In this document: positions 1 through 21,559 of the stretch, in pieces
Layout of the letters: every line of letters starts with the position of its first letter
Position numbering within the stretch: the first letter of the stretch is position 1
Origin: the human T2T-CHM13v2.0 reference genome, Homo sapiens
Direction: 5' to 3' (one strand)
Assembly: GCF_009914755.1 (NCBI RefSeq)
Contig: NC_060946.1
DNA: 64,000 bases
The notes under the pieces: model-generated
Told to the model about the DNA's origin: nothing
What the model saw: only the letters and a program-made list of their open reading frames with translations
Database searches by the model: none
Made by a program: the position numbers and the translations under genes

Positions 1-643
1 TGGCTCGTACCTGTAATCCCAACACTTTGTAAGGCCAAGGCGGGAGGATTGCTTGAGGTCAGGAGCTCGAGACCAGCCTGGGCAACATAGCAAGACCCAT
101 CTCTACAAAAAATTTAAAAATATAACTTGTTTCTTTTCTGTGTTTACCCACTAAACTGTATGCCACATGAGGGCAGGGAGTTGTGTTTCATTTACTCCTC
201 AGCTTATAGAGCAATGTCTGTCATACTGTGCATGCTAAATCTTTGTTAAATAAATAGTAGCTGTTATTAATATGATCATTTAGGTGTACCAGAGGCTCTA
301 ATCCATTATTCCAGATTCTCTAAGCATTTAATGAAATCCAAATCCAAATGATTTAATACTGTTGTACAAGGGAGAAGGTAAACCTGTGTGTATGTGTGTG
401 TAAATTGAAACAAAAGTTTTGTCAAATACTCTAATACCTTCACCTTACCGCAAGGGATAGGCTCTGATACCTTCTATGCCATATTTTATTGATTCTAAGG
501 TATAGGCTTAGATTTCCATTTTAACATCTCTAAATCAGATTGCATCTCATCATAGCATCTCATCAATATAAAATACATTTCACAATTTGTTTTTGCAGTA
601 TATATTTTTATTTCATAGTGGAATCAAAAATGACATATCTCAG

Positions 644-759
644 ATCCTTTTGTGAGGATAAGCGTGATGCTTGGGTTTTCACTCATGTGAGATGTGCTTC
701 CCTCAAACCTTGTTATATCAGCATGTTTAACATCTGATGTAAAAAAAAAAAAAAAAAAA
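644..759 (+). pseudogene. U13 (SNORD13) snoRNA retropseudogene with poly(A) tail
   Basis: atccttttgt...agcgtgatgcttgggt..tgtgagatgtgc..aaccttgtta...tctga follows human U13 along its length. D box CTGA at 734-737; A19 tail at 741-759. Confidence 0.85.
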
Positions 760-795
760 GGAGAGTAATGTATCTTTTATAATTGATGGCATCTT

Positions 796-1092
796 TTTTT
801 TTTTTTTTTTGAGATGGAGTCTCGCTCTGTCGCCCAGGCTGGAGTGCAGTGGCGCGATCTCGGCTCACTGCAGGCTCCGCCCCGCGGGGTTCACGCCATT
901 CTCCTGCCTCAGTCTCCCGCGTAGCTGGGACTACAGGCGCCCGCCACCTCGCCCGGCTAATTTTTTGTATTTTTAGTAGAGACGGGGTTTCACCGTGTTA
1001 GCCAGGATGGTCTCGATCTCCTGACCTCGTGATCCGCCCGCCTCGGCCTCCCAAAGTGCTGGGATTACAGGCATGAGCCACTGTGCCCGGCC
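796..1092 (-). mobile_element. Young full-length AluY (AluYe-like diagnostics)
   Basis: CpG-rich Alu with a perfect 15-bp target site duplication (TSD) aattgatggcatctt at 781-795 and 1093-1107. Confidence 0.9.
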
Positions 1093-1219
1093 AATTGATG
1101 GCATCTTATAGTCAGTGAAAAATCCTATTTCTTTTTGTAAGCTGACAGCCCACTAAACTTGTTTTGTAGTTCTCTAATGGATATCACCTACATTTTGGCA
1201 AACAATGGTTTAAGACAGA

Positions 1220-2915
<1,696 letters not shown>

Positions 2916-2959
2916 GTTTTAGAGGAGCAAAATGAAAGATAGCAAATTTCTCAGCTCAC

Positions 2960-3160
2960 CAGTTCCTAAAGTTGCGAGTGCATCCAGATGATTCAGTGCA
3001 GCTCAGTATGTTCCACTCTGGGCCACAAGGGAAAGCGAAGCTGGAGCTTCCTTGTCTCCACCTCCGGGAGAAATTTGTCCAGAGACCGGCAGCACTGCTT
3101 CCGCAGGCGAACAACGCCGCTTGCTCTTCAAAGTCCTTTCTGAGGCCAGATCAGAAGGTC
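2960..3160 (-). other. ZNF280A: Probable non-coding first exon of ZNF280A; intron and CDS continue left beyond the window
   Basis: Unique, locally CpG-enriched sequence with a minus-strand donor CTG|GTGAGC (exon ends 2960). Position relative to PRAME matches the recalled gene order. The 5' end is approximate. Confidence 0.6.
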
Positions 3161-3320
3161 CCACTCCTTTTAAGCCCCTTATTGCCCAATCATTTTTCCA
3201 GTCACGTGTCTGAAGCAGTTTATCCTGATTGGATTTTCAGTTGTTGTCCAGCTTGATTGCCAAAAGTTTTCCTCCAATTGCTACTCAAAGGAAAGAATGA
3301 GGGTGGGGCTTCAGGGCTGC
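3160..3320. promoter_or_regulatory. Putative ZNF280A promoter with CCAAT boxes in both orientations
   Basis: ccaat at 3187-3191, gattgg at 3227-3232, and a GC/GT-box-like gggtggggc at 3301-3309. Confidence 0.45.
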
Positions 3321-3991
3321 TTTCCAGGTTGATTCAGCTGGTGATGGGCATCCTCCCTCCTCTCTCTCTTCTTCAGAGTCTACCACTTTCTCTGCAGTGT
3401 GCCTGGGCCCTCAGCTATTGGGGATGAGAAGGGATGCGGAGTGGGAGGCAGTCCACATGTCTGTTCCAACAAAGCTCAGAGGTGAGCGAGTTAAAAAGCA
3501 GATGTCTTTCCAGTAGGAGCCCCAGGGGACAGGGTGGGTCTCACAGCCCTTGAAGACCGAGCTCCCGTAGGAGTTTCCAGGTGTCCAAACAGGGTCCTCA
3601 CTGTGAGTCTTCAACAGCTTTCTCCAAGCAGCAGCCCACTCCCTTCTTAATCCATTTCCAGGGGTCAAAGGTCTATCCTGGTTCCCTCCCATGCCCTCTC
3701 ACTTCCTTCCCTCTGTCTCTCCCTCCTCCCTCCTCCTTCACTACCCCCTCCCTGGAACCTTCTCAGCTGAATTTCAGGCCCACCCTTTCACTCTCTTTAC
3801 AGGCTTTGCAACACAGATTAGAAAGCGGGGGAGGGGGAGCCTCAAGAGTCCCTTGACAGGTAAGAAATATTTATATTTCCACCCCCATTCCAACGCAATG
3901 CAATCAAGTCTCAAAATTAAAACGAAAATCATTTGCAAATTAAAATGTTCTAAAGTACCATCTCCTGATAAAACTTTAAAAATACCTTTCT

Positions 3992-8118
<4,127 letters not shown>

Positions 8119-8437
8119 GAAAGTAATTCCCGTTCTTTGATGAAACTCTGGATCTCCCGGTCATTCCGTGTTTTAATCAACTGTTCTCAGGGTTTTCTAG
8201 TTCCTTGGTTTCATAATTTCAGTCTCAAGTCTCACTTTCTCTGTTTTTATTCCTGAGTTTCCTCCTAAGGTTCTTTTCATTGCAGCCACAGGCCCTAGTC
8301 CAGGGTCTGCAGAGAGCTAGTACTTACTCTGCCCAAATGGAATCCAAGAACATCAGAAGGTGCCCGAAGGTGGAAATGTGTTTCTGCTCTCTGCTTTTGG
8401 CAGTCTTGCTCTCCATGTCTTTTTTGACATGCCCCCT

Positions 8438-8660
8438 GATATAGTTTGGATGTTGTAATCAACCAAATCTCGTGTCAAAATGTAACCCCTGATGTTGGAC
8501 ATGAAGTCTGGTGAGAGGTGATTGGATCATGGAGGTGGATTTCTCATGAATGGTTTAGTACCATCCTCTTGGTACTGTCCTCATGATAGTGAGTGGGTTC
8601 TCCTGAGACCTAATTGTTTTAAAGTGTGTGGCACCTCCCGCATCTCTCCTGCTCTGGCTA
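8438..8660 (-). mobile_element. MST-type MaLR LTR fragment
   Basis: tgatatagtttggatg...ggtgattggatcatgg...gtgagt..gttctc pattern. Confidence 0.7.
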
Positions 8661-8664
8661 TGAT

Positions 8665-9760
8665 ATAGCTATTATGGAAAGCAGTACGGTGGTTCCTCAA
8701 AATATTAAAAATAGAGCTACCATATGATTCAGCAATTCCATTTCTGGGTATATATCCGAAGGAAATGAAATCTATATGTTAAAGAGGTATCTTTACTCTC
8801 ATGTACATTGCAGGACTATTCACCACAGTCAAGATGTGGAATCAACCTAAGTGTTCATGATGAATGGATAAAGATAGTGTGGTATGTATACACAATAAAA
8901 TGGTATTCAGCCTTTCTTTCTTTCTTTTTTTTTTTTTTGAAACAATATCTTCCTCTGTCACCCAGGCTGGAGTGCAGTGGCACGACGATCATAACTCACT
9001 GCCGCCTTGAACTCCTGAATTCAAGCAATCCTCCCACCTCAGCCTCCCAAGTAACTGGGACCACAAGTGCATGCCACCAACACCTGGCTAATTAAAAAAC
9101 AAATTTCTGTAGGGACAAGGTCTCACTTTGTTGCCCAGGCTGGTCACAAATGCCTGTACTCAAGTGATCCTCCCGCCTTGGCCTCCCAAAGTGCTAGGAT
9201 GACAGGCAAAAGCCACCATGCCTTACCACTATTCAGCCTTAAAATTCAGCCTTAAAATCAAAGGAAGTTCTGTTATTTGCAACAACATGGATAAACCTGG
9301 ATGACATTATGTTAAGTGAAATAAGTCAGACATAGAGAGACCAATACACAGTGTCTCACTTATAGGTGGAATCTAAAAAAGTTAAACTCACAGAAGCAGA
9401 GAGTAAAATGGTAGTTATTAGGGTCAGGACGGGTAGAGGATGGGGAGAATAGGCTAAAAGGTACAAAGTTTCGGTTAAACAGGAGGAATTATTAGTTTTG
9501 GAGACCTAACATATAGTCTTACAGCATGGTGACTATAATTAATAATAATGTATAGTATATTTTAAAATTGCTGAGTGAGTAGATTTTGAATGTTCTCATC
9601 ACAAAATTATAAATATGAGGTGATTGCTATATTAATTGGCTTGATTGATATGTTAATTGGCTTGATTTAATCATTACACAATGTGTGCACATATATTTAT
9701 CATGTACATCATAAAATATATACAAATTGTCATCTGTCAATCAAAATTTTAAAAAAACAT
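8665..9760 (+). mobile_element. L1M 3' end interrupted by an Alu (~8915-9222, minus)
   Basis: catatgattcagcaattccatttctgggtatatatcc, gcaacaacatggataaacctgg and other L1 3' UTR motifs. Confidence 0.85.
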
Positions 9761-9778
9761 TGAAGATCTGGGCACTAA

Positions 9779-10111
<333 letters not shown>

Positions 10112-10259
10112 TGATCTTGAACTCCTGACCTCAGGTGATCTGCCCATCTCGGCCACCCAAAGTGCTAGGATTACAGGTGTGAGCCCTTGTGCCCGGCCCC
10201 TTCCTTCATTTTATATTTTTATATATACTATACTCAAGTGATCCTCCTGCCTCGGCCTC

Positions 10260-10622
10260 TGACATGGTTTGGCTGTGTCCCCACCCAAAGCTCATTTTGA
10301 ATTGTAGCTCCCGTAATTCCCACGTGTTGTAGGAGGGACCCAGTGGGAGATAGCTGAGTCATGAGGGAGGTTTCCCCCATACTGTTCTCATGATAGTGAG
10401 TAAGTCTCATGAGATCTGATGGTTTTCTAAGGGGTTTCCCCCTTTCACTTGGCTCTCATTCTCTCTTGCCTGCTGCCATATAAGATGTGTCTTTTGCCTT
10501 CCACCATGATTGTGAGGCCTCCCCAGCTACGTGGAACTCCAAGTCCATCAAATTTATTTTTCTTTATAAATTACCCAGGCTCAGGTATGTCTTTATCAGC
10601 AGTGTGAAAATGGACTAATACA
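10260..10622 (-). mobile_element. Complete THE1-type solo LTR
   Basis: tgacatggtttggctgtgtccccacc...gtgtgaaaatggactaataca, with 5-bp TSD gcctc at 10255-10259 and 10623-10627. Confidence 0.9.
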
Positions 10623-10999
10623 GCCTCCCAAACTGCTAGGCTTACAGGCAAAAGCCACCATACCTGGTGACTATTCAGCCTTAGAATCAAAGGAAATTCT
10701 GTTATTTGCAACAATATAGATAAACCCAGTTGGCATTATGTTAAGTGAAATAAGCCAGACATACAGAGATAAATACACAGTGTCTCACTTTAATTTTTTT
10801 TAATTAAATTTTTTGTACAGATGGTGTCTCGCTATATTGCCCAAGCTGGTCACCAATTCCTGGATTCAAGTGATCCTCCTGCCTTGACCTCCCAAGTGCT
10901 TGGATTACAGGCATGAGCCACTGTGCCTGGCCTATTTATATTTTTAAATCCCATCATTCTTATTGTAAGACAAGTACAAGAATCTCTCCTAAGTCTAAA

Positions 11000-12050
11000 T
11001 GTATTAGGTCATTCTTGCATTGTTATAAAGAAATACCTGAGACTGGGTAATTTATCAAGATGTTTAATTGGCTTACAGTTCTGTGGGCTGTACAGGAAGC
11101 ATAGTGGCATCTACTTGTGGGGAGGCCACAGGCAGCTTACAATCATGACAGAGGGTGAAGGGGAGCAGTCATGTCGCATGGTGAAAACAGGAACGACAGA
11201 GCAAGAGGGGAGGTGCTACACACTTTTAAACAACCAGATCACTGAGAACTCACTCACTATTGGGAGAATAGTACCCAGGGGGATGGGTGCTAAACCATTC
11301 ATGAGAAATCACACCCAGGATCCAGTGGCCTCTCGCCAGGCCCCACCTCCAACAGTGGGAATTACATTTCAATATGAGATTTCCGTGGGCAAACACATCC
11401 AAACTATATTATTCTGCCCCTGGACCCGCCCAAATCTCATGTCCTTCTCATATGTCAAAATACAATCATGCCTTCCCAATAATCCCCCGAAGTCTTAACT
11501 TATTCCAGCATTAACTCAAAAGTTCAAAGTCTTATCTAAGACAAGGCAAGACTCTTCCACATATGAGCCTATAAAATAAAAAATAAGTTAGTTACTTCCA
11601 AGATACAACGGGGATACAACCATTAGGTAAACATTCCCATTCCCAAGGGAGAAATCAGCTAAAAGAAAGGGGCTACAGGCCCCATGCAATTCTGAAACCC
11701 AGCAGGGCTGTTGTTAAATCTTAAAGCTCCATAATAATCTCCTTTGACTCCATGTCCCACATCCAGGACACACTGATGCAAAGGGTGGGCTCCCAAGGCC
11801 CTAGGCAGCTCCATCCCTGTGGCTTTGCGGGGTTCAGCCCCACCCCTGTGGCTATGCGGGGTTCAGCCCCTGCCACTACTCTCATGGGCTGGCATTGAGT
11901 GCCTGAGGCTTTTCCAGGCACAGGGTGCAAGCTATGGGTGGATCCACTACAGCTCCACTAGGTAGTGCCCCAGTGGGGACTCTGTGTGGCAGCTCCAACC
12001 CCACATTTCCCCTCCACACTGCCCCAGTAGAGGTTCTTTGTGAGGCTAAC
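11000..12050 (+). mobile_element. MSTA-like LTR (11000-11411) plus truncated MST internal sequence
   Basis: tgtattaggtcattcttgcattgttataaagaaatacctgagactggg...catccaaactatatt, followed by attctgcccctgg internal region. Confidence 0.8.
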
Positions 12051-12211
12051 ATTTTGTTTGTTTGTTTTTTGAGAGAGGGCCTTCCTCTGTCTTCCACCCT
12101 GGAGTGCAGTGGCATAATCATGGCTCACTGCAGGCTTGAACTTCTGGGCTCAATAGATCCTCCCACCTTCCACAGTGCTGGGTTTACAGGCATGAGCCAC
12201 TACGCCCAGCC

Positions 12212-12683
12212 AAAACGCGTGCACATTCTTACGTCAACCTAATAACAGAGAGAAGCTCTTTAAAAGAAAATGATGTGTGTTTGGCAATAGAGCATTGCAA
12301 TGAAAATATGTATGCCCCTATGTGTGCATTTGGGGAGGTAAAGGAAGACAAAGGTTTTTAAAGGAAGGATAAGAAGGATTACATAATTGTTTTGAGATAA
12401 TTTTCCTTGACTGCAAAGATCAATAGCAAGGGTGACGCTAGTCCAAGGTTGGAGAGGCAGTTGCTGGGCAGATGCCCTTATGGAAGTATTTTTTGCTTAA
12501 GGTTGCGATGTCCTTTGTACAAGGTTGTTTCTGTAGAGTCTTTTGTCATTGTTTTTGTTATCAGGTATGCAAGCGTGAAACACTCTCTTCATGGCCTTCC
12601 CAGGCTCTGTTTGTCAAGTTTTGCTTTGTTGTTGTTGTTGTTTTAACATTAGTGGCTCCATTTTGATTCTGACAACTTTCACA
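12212..12683 (-). mobile_element. ERV1-class solo LTR (MER67-like, subfamily uncertain)
   Basis: Reverse strand begins tgtgaaagttgtcagaatcaaaatggagcc, an ERV1 LTR-type start. Confidence 0.55.
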
Positions 12684-12812
12684 CTTCTAAGTTAGAGTTT
12701 AGAAAATATTCTGTTACTGGCCAGGCGTGGTGGCTCACGCCTGTAATCCCAGCACTTTGAAAGGCCAAGGCGGGCGGATCACGAGGTCAGGAGATCAAGA
12801 CCATCCTGGCTA

Positions 12813-13064
<252 letters not shown>

Positions 13065-13116
13065 TTAATTTCTCTTTTTTCTTTCTTTCTTTCTTTTTTT
13101 TTTTTTTATGAGATGA

Positions 13117-13317
<201 letters not shown>

Positions 13318-13968
13318 TGACCTCAGGTGATCCACTCGCCTTGGGCCCCCAAAGTGTTGCAATTATAGGGGTGAGACAACAGGCCCAGCTTTTTTTTTTT
13401 TCTTTTTATACTGGATTTTAAAAAACTAGGAACAGAATTCTTAAAGTCAAATGCTTATAAGGGCCGAGCATCAAACACATTTGCAGCATAGGGTAAAAGA
13501 GAAATGAGCCCTTGGAAAATAGAAGCATGCAACAGTCTTTCAAGGATGTTAATGGTACTACTCAATTTTATCTGATTTCTGCCTGATGGCAATGCTGGTG
13601 TTGCTGATCTATTTTCCAAGCAACACTGGAAATTTAAATTTTTATGTTGACTCTCAATTTTAAAGTGCCAGAAAGTATATATTTTTAAGTTTTAAAGCAT
13701 AATGAAGCCAAATAAAGCACATCTGTGTGTTGATTTGAACTGTGAATTGCCTGTACCCCAATCTGGCTTAATGAGATGTGTATTTTACACTTCACTAGTT
13801 TCTGAACTTAAGGTGAGTGGCACATGCAGAACTTAAGGCGAGGGGCACATGCAGAATGATGTGGTCCCTAACTGCCCACGGAAGTGTCTCTAGTGATTGC
13901 AGCAGCTTAATCTAAGAGTTATCCCAACTTTCATCTTCATCCCAAATATTTTAGTATAGTATTTTAGT

Positions 13969-15135
<1,167 letters not shown>

Positions 15136-15575
15136 TATTGTTCAGCAAGTCAACTAATCTAAGACGTTTAAGCTTGTGGTTCTCATCGTGCTACAGATTC
15201 AAACTGCCCAACCCTACCCCAGGTCAGTTAGATTAAAACTTAGAGTAGTCCCTTTTCAGATCCTGAATGGATCCATGTGCCCTCCACCTGACAAAAGGCT
15301 AGTGGTGAGGGTTGAGGGGAAGTACCTTTTTTCCACCTCCCACTTCACAGGAGAAGGCTTTTGTTTCACTGTTTTCAGATTATTTTTATTTATTTATATT
15401 TTATTTTTTGAGACAGGGCTCACTCTATCACCATGCAGTGGCGTGATCACAGCTCACTGCAGCCTCAATCTTCCAGGGCTCCCCAGTAGCTGGGACCTGC
15501 AGGCATATGCCACCACGCCCGGCTAATTTTTGTATCTTTCGTAGAGATGGGATTTCACCATGTTACCCGGGCTGA

Positions 15576-15893
<318 letters not shown>

Positions 15894-16035
15894 TAGCCAG
15901 GATGGTCTCAATCTCCTGACCTCATGATCAGCCTGCCTCAGCCTCCCAAAGTGCTGGGATTACAGGTGTGAGCCACCACACCCAGCCGTGTTTTGTTTTT
16001 TTAAGACAGGCTCTTGCTCTACTGCCAGGCTCTAG

Positions 16036-16149
<114 letters not shown>

Positions 16150-16339
16150 TGATTCTTAACCCAGACAAATTAAATTGGTATTTCCAGAGGTGGGACCCAG
16201 GAGTATGTATTATGAAAGCTCCCAGATGTCTAATGAGCAGCATGGCTGGAAAACCACTGCTCTTGATGGCCCTGGCCCCTGCTCAGCTGTCACCAAGTAA
16301 AGCACCCGGTGTGAATGAAGCCCTCACCATCAATCTCTA

Positions 16340-16702
16340 TGATGGGCTGAATTGTGCTCCCCTCAATTCCTATGTTGAAATGCTAACCCCTGGTACCTCA
16401 GAATGCAACCATATTTGGAGATAAGGCCTTTAAAGAGGTCATGAGGCCATTATGGTTGGCTCTGATTCTATCTGACAATACCCTTATAAGAGGAGGAAAC
16501 ATGGAGACACAGGCAGACACCAGGGATGCAAACACATAAAGGAAAGGTCAGTTGCAAGCAACAGAGAGAAGGCCTTGCAAGAAACCAAACCTGCCAACAC
16601 CTTGATCTCTGACTTCCAGCCTCCAGAGTGGTGAGAAAATAGACATCTGTTGTTTAAGCTGCCCATTCTGTATGTTATGGCAGCAATATCAAACTAATAC
16701 AC
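16340..16702 (-). mobile_element. MLT1A/B MaLR LTR
   Basis: tatgatgggctgaattgtgctcccc...ccttataagaggagg...ttgatctctgacttccagcctccaga...aaactaatac. Confidence 0.75.
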
Positions 16703-18473
16703 TCTGCAAAATGAGAGCCACCTCATGCATAGGTAGGGGGTGTGCAGGGATAGCTCAACTCCCAGGTGACTCCGGGACACAAACAAATGCCCTTAGTGGG
16801 GGTTTCTTTTTCTTTCTTTCTTTTTTTTTTTTTCCGGAATTGGGGTATTGCTCTGTTGCCTAGGCTGTAGTGCCATGGTGTGATCACAGTTCACTGCAGC
16901 CTCGATTTCTGAGCTCAAACAATCCTCCCACCTCAGCCTCCCAAGTAGGTGGACTATAGGAACGTGCCACTATGCCTGGCAAAATTTTTTTTCTTTTTTT
17001 TTCTTTTTTTTTTTTTTCAGAGATGGGAGTCTCACTCTTTTGCCTTGGCTGTTCCCAAACTCCTGGCGTCAGTTGATTTTCCTGTCTCTGCCTCTGAAAG
17101 TACTGGGATTATAGGTATGAGGCCCCCACACTTGTCCAAGGGTTTTTTTTTTTTTATTGTACCAATCTACCCTGATTTTCCAAGAAACAGCTTTCTCCCA
17201 CTTTGGGGTATTTCCTAGAGACCAGTGCTGGTAGAGACTCCCTCTCAATTCTCTTTCTGGCCCCAACTCCCTTGATTTCTCTCCTAAACTGTGAGGGACA
17301 AAACCTTGAGGATGGAGAGAGATCAATTTTCACACTGTTTCAAAAGCTAGGGAAATATCTGTGTTCTGTCTGGTATAGGTAAGAAAATAATAAAAACAAA
17401 TGATAACTGTATATTAGAATGGTCTGAAAGCTGATGGCCTAATATAAAAAAAGACCATACAATGTGAAGTTATGAAGAAGCAGAGGGCGTAAGTTCAACA
17501 TGGTCTACAGATGCTGGGCAGGTCTGCTGGGGCGAGATTGCTACTTACCCAAGGTGGTTTCCATGGAGAAGGACAAGATGCTTTCTGCAGACTGAGTGGA
17601 GAGAAGACAAACTTTTCAGTTAGGCTTTGGGCCTGTAGCCAGTAATGTGAGTAGAGGGAGAATTTAAAAAGGGGAGTCTATTATTATTCAGTTTTCTCCA
17701 CTTCTAGATGGTCTACACTATGAGCCTTGGACATGTGGGCTCCCTGAAGCCAGGGAGAGGAATGTCTAGTTCTGACTTTAGGAAAGCCAAAATTGGGATT
17801 GGGGTCTTGGAGCCACCTCTTACCAGTCAATATGGGGATACTCCCAGGCAGCAGGCTGGGCTCAGGAAACTACGTGCTCTCTTCCTTCTTCCTCCGGGAG
17901 TCCCATGTGTACCCGTTGTTTACCTCCAACATGTAGGTGAGAACATGCAGTATTTGGTTTTCTGTTGCTGAGTTGGTTCACTTAGGATAGCGGCCTCAAG
18001 CTCTATCCATGTTGCTGCGAAGGACATGACTTCATTCTTTTTTGTGGCTGCCTAGGACATTCTTAGATGACAAATTATGGCGACCCATGTTATCCCTAGC
18101 TCCTTCTGTCAAGAAAAAAAAGGGGTGGTCAGAGGCAGCCTCCAACTTTAATGGGTACTGCAAGGAAGAAGACTGGAGAACCGGTGACAGAAATGTACTC
18201 TGCTGGGTCAAGTGATTTAGCTGAGTTTTACCACTGCAAGGCTGGAGGAGACTGAGGCTTTGGGTAAATGCTCAGTCACTACCAGGTGGATTAAGGAAAA
18301 AACTCCAAGTAACAGTAATGAATCATCGGAGTAGAGGAGAAAAACTCCAAGTTATATCTAACACTGAAATCCTGAAATTGCATGTGTCTCTTCAGTGATT
18401 AGGAATGCATTACTATCAGCTATTGAATAAATACCTTATTTCGTACAAGTTTTTATTAATTTAAAAACAAGGC

Positions 18474-18572
18474 TGCAGCAAACCACCATGGCACGTGTAT
18501 ACCTATGTAACAAACCTGCACGTTCTGCACATGTATCCCAGAACCTAAAGTATAATAATAATAATAATAATA
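18474..18572 (+). mobile_element. 5'-truncated L1PA 3' end inserted at the very start of an Alu
   Basis: gcagcaaaccaccatggcacgtgtatacctatgtaacaaacctgcacg. TSD aaaaacaaggc at 18463-18473 and 18573-18583. Confidence 0.8.
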
Positions 18573-18640
18573 AAAAACAAGGCCAGGCATGGTGGCTCAC
18601 ACCTGCAATCCAAGCACTTTGGGAGGATTGCCTGAGCTCA

Positions 18641-18856
<216 letters not shown>

Positions 18857-19073
18857 CTACTACTACTAATAATAATAATAATAAAAACAAAACAAACTAA
18901 AACACTCAGGAGAGATTAGTGGTCTAAAAGCATATTTTTACAATGTATTCAGGGTTATTCCATTGTTTCTTAAAAACTACCTTTGGGAGCATCTCCCCAA
19001 ACTTAGTTTGGAAGTGTTTTTTCTGGGTTGCAATAAACAAGCAAACAAAAAACTACCTTTTAATTAAAAGTAA

Positions 19074-19391
<318 letters not shown>

Positions 19392-19877
19392 TGATTACAG
19401 GCGTGAGACACCGCACCCGGCCAAAATTCATCCATTAATTGTAAAGTAAATTTCCCTTCTGCCCCAGATCACAGTTACCTGTCTCTATTCCCAAAATAAA
19501 TGGCTGTGTAGAATTTCTGATGTGTCCTTCAATATATATTCTCTGCATCTACATACACTTACCTTCCCCTACCTTTTTATGTAAATGGGTGTTTATTATT
19601 CACATACTCCGTATTAAAATTGTGATTTATTAACATAATTTTACTGACATTTTAATTTGAATGGAGATAAATTTATAAAGGGGATTGATGATTAAGATTT
19701 TATGTTTAAATATTCGGAAGCAAACAGTAATGCATCTTATCTTCTGAGTAGGATGTGGGTTGAAACTGCAAAGGCAAGCATGAGATGTTTCATTAACACA
19801 AAGCCTTGAGTGCTCCAAACCCAAAAGTCAAAGCAACTTATCAATAAATGCCAAAGGATGCTATTCTGACATATCTG

Positions 19878-20301
19878 TGTGCTGTGGTTTGAATGCAGAC
19901 TCCAAATCTCATGTGTGGGAAACTTAATTTCCAATGTGGGACTATTGAAAGGTGGGGCCTTTAAGAGGTGATTGAATCATGAGGGCTCTGCCTTCATGAA
20001 TGAATTAATCCATTCGTGGATTAATGGGTTGATGGGTTAATGGCTTATCATGGAAGGGGAGCTGGTGGCTTTATAAGAAGAGAAGAGAGACCTGAGCCAA
20101 CATGCTCAGCCTCCTTCATGAGATGCCCTCTGCGGCATCAGGATGCTGCAGAGACCCCCAACCAGGTAAGAAGGCTTTTACCAGGCATGCCCCCTCCACT
20201 TTGGGCTTCCCAGCCTCCATAACTGTGAGAAATTCATTTTCTTTATAAACTACCCAGTTTCAGATATTTTGTTGTAAGCAACAGACAACGGACTAAGACA
20301 C
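19878..20301 (-). mobile_element. MST/MLT1A MaLR LTR
   Basis: tgctgtggtttgaatg...ggtggggcctttaagaggtgattg...acggactaagaca. Confidence 0.7.
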
Positions 20302-20490
20302 TGTGTTATCTAATTATGTGATTCTTGTTTTACTATTTATTTATTTAGCCACTTGTCAGAAAAATTTTTTTTTTTTTGAGATAAAGTCTCACTCTGTCAC
20401 CCAGACTGGAGTGCAGTGCTGCTCTCATGGCTCACTGCTGCCTCGAACTCCCTGGCTCAAACGATCCTCCCACCTTAGTTTTTCAAGTAG

Positions 20491-20676
<186 letters not shown>

Positions 20677-21559
20677 TGATTAAGAGTTTAGGATTGGCTG
20701 GGCACGGTGGCTCACGCCTATAATCCCAGCAGTTTGGGAGGCCAAGACGGGCAGATCCTGAGGTCAGGAGTTCAAGACCAGCCTGAACAACATGGAGAAA
20801 CCCCATCTCTACTAAAAATACAAAATTTGCCAGGTGTGGTGGCACATGCCTGTAATCCCAGCTACTTGGGAAGTCTGAGGCAGGAGAATCGCTTGAACCC
20901 GCAAGGGAGAGGTTGCGGTGAGCCGAGATCGTGCCATTGCACTCCAGCCTGGGCAACAGGCAACAAGAGTAAAACTCTGTCTCAAAAAAAAAAAAAAAAA
21001 AGAGTTTAGGATCTATATTCGCTCTGCCTGGGTCCAAATCCTGGATGTTATTAACTGTATGACTTTGGGCAAGTTTATTAACACCTCCATTTTAAAAAAA
21101 TCTGTACTAGGAATATAATAATAAATGCATACCCTCTCAGGATTTGATTAAATGGAATAAAATATATAGAATTCCTAGAACAGTGCCAGGAGTTTGAGGC
21201 CAGCCTGGGCAACATAGTGAGACCCCATCTGTACAAAAAATACATAAAAAATGAGGGGGGAATAGCGGTGCACCCCTGTGGACTCAGCTACTTGATAGGC
21301 TGAGATGGGAGGATTGCTTGAGCCCGGGGGCCAAAGCTGCAGCAGTGCAGTGACTGCGTCCCAGTAATCCCAGCACTTTGGGAGGGCAAGGCAGGAGGAT
21401 CCCTTGAGGCCAGGAGTTCAAGACCAGCCTGTGCAACATAAAGAGACTCCATCTGTACAACAACAACAAAAATTCTTACGCACTTAGTATTTGCCAGATA
21501 TAATGCCAATTTCTAGGGCACAAAGGCAAATGGTAACTACCTCCCTGGATTGTTGTAAA

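Larger units (their letters stand above)
479..1125 (+). mobile_element. MER104-like (Tc2/mariner-class) DNA transposon, split by a U13 retrocopy and an AluY
   Basis: Starts ccatattttattgattctaag...cattttaacatctctaaatcagattgcatct and resumes tatcttttataattgatggcatcttatagtcagtgaaa, resembling the MER104 consensus as recalled. Confidence 0.6.

Noticed and set aside
10923-11498. 191-aa ORF
   Set aside because: Lies across an Alu end and an MSTA LTR, with no recognisable protein features.
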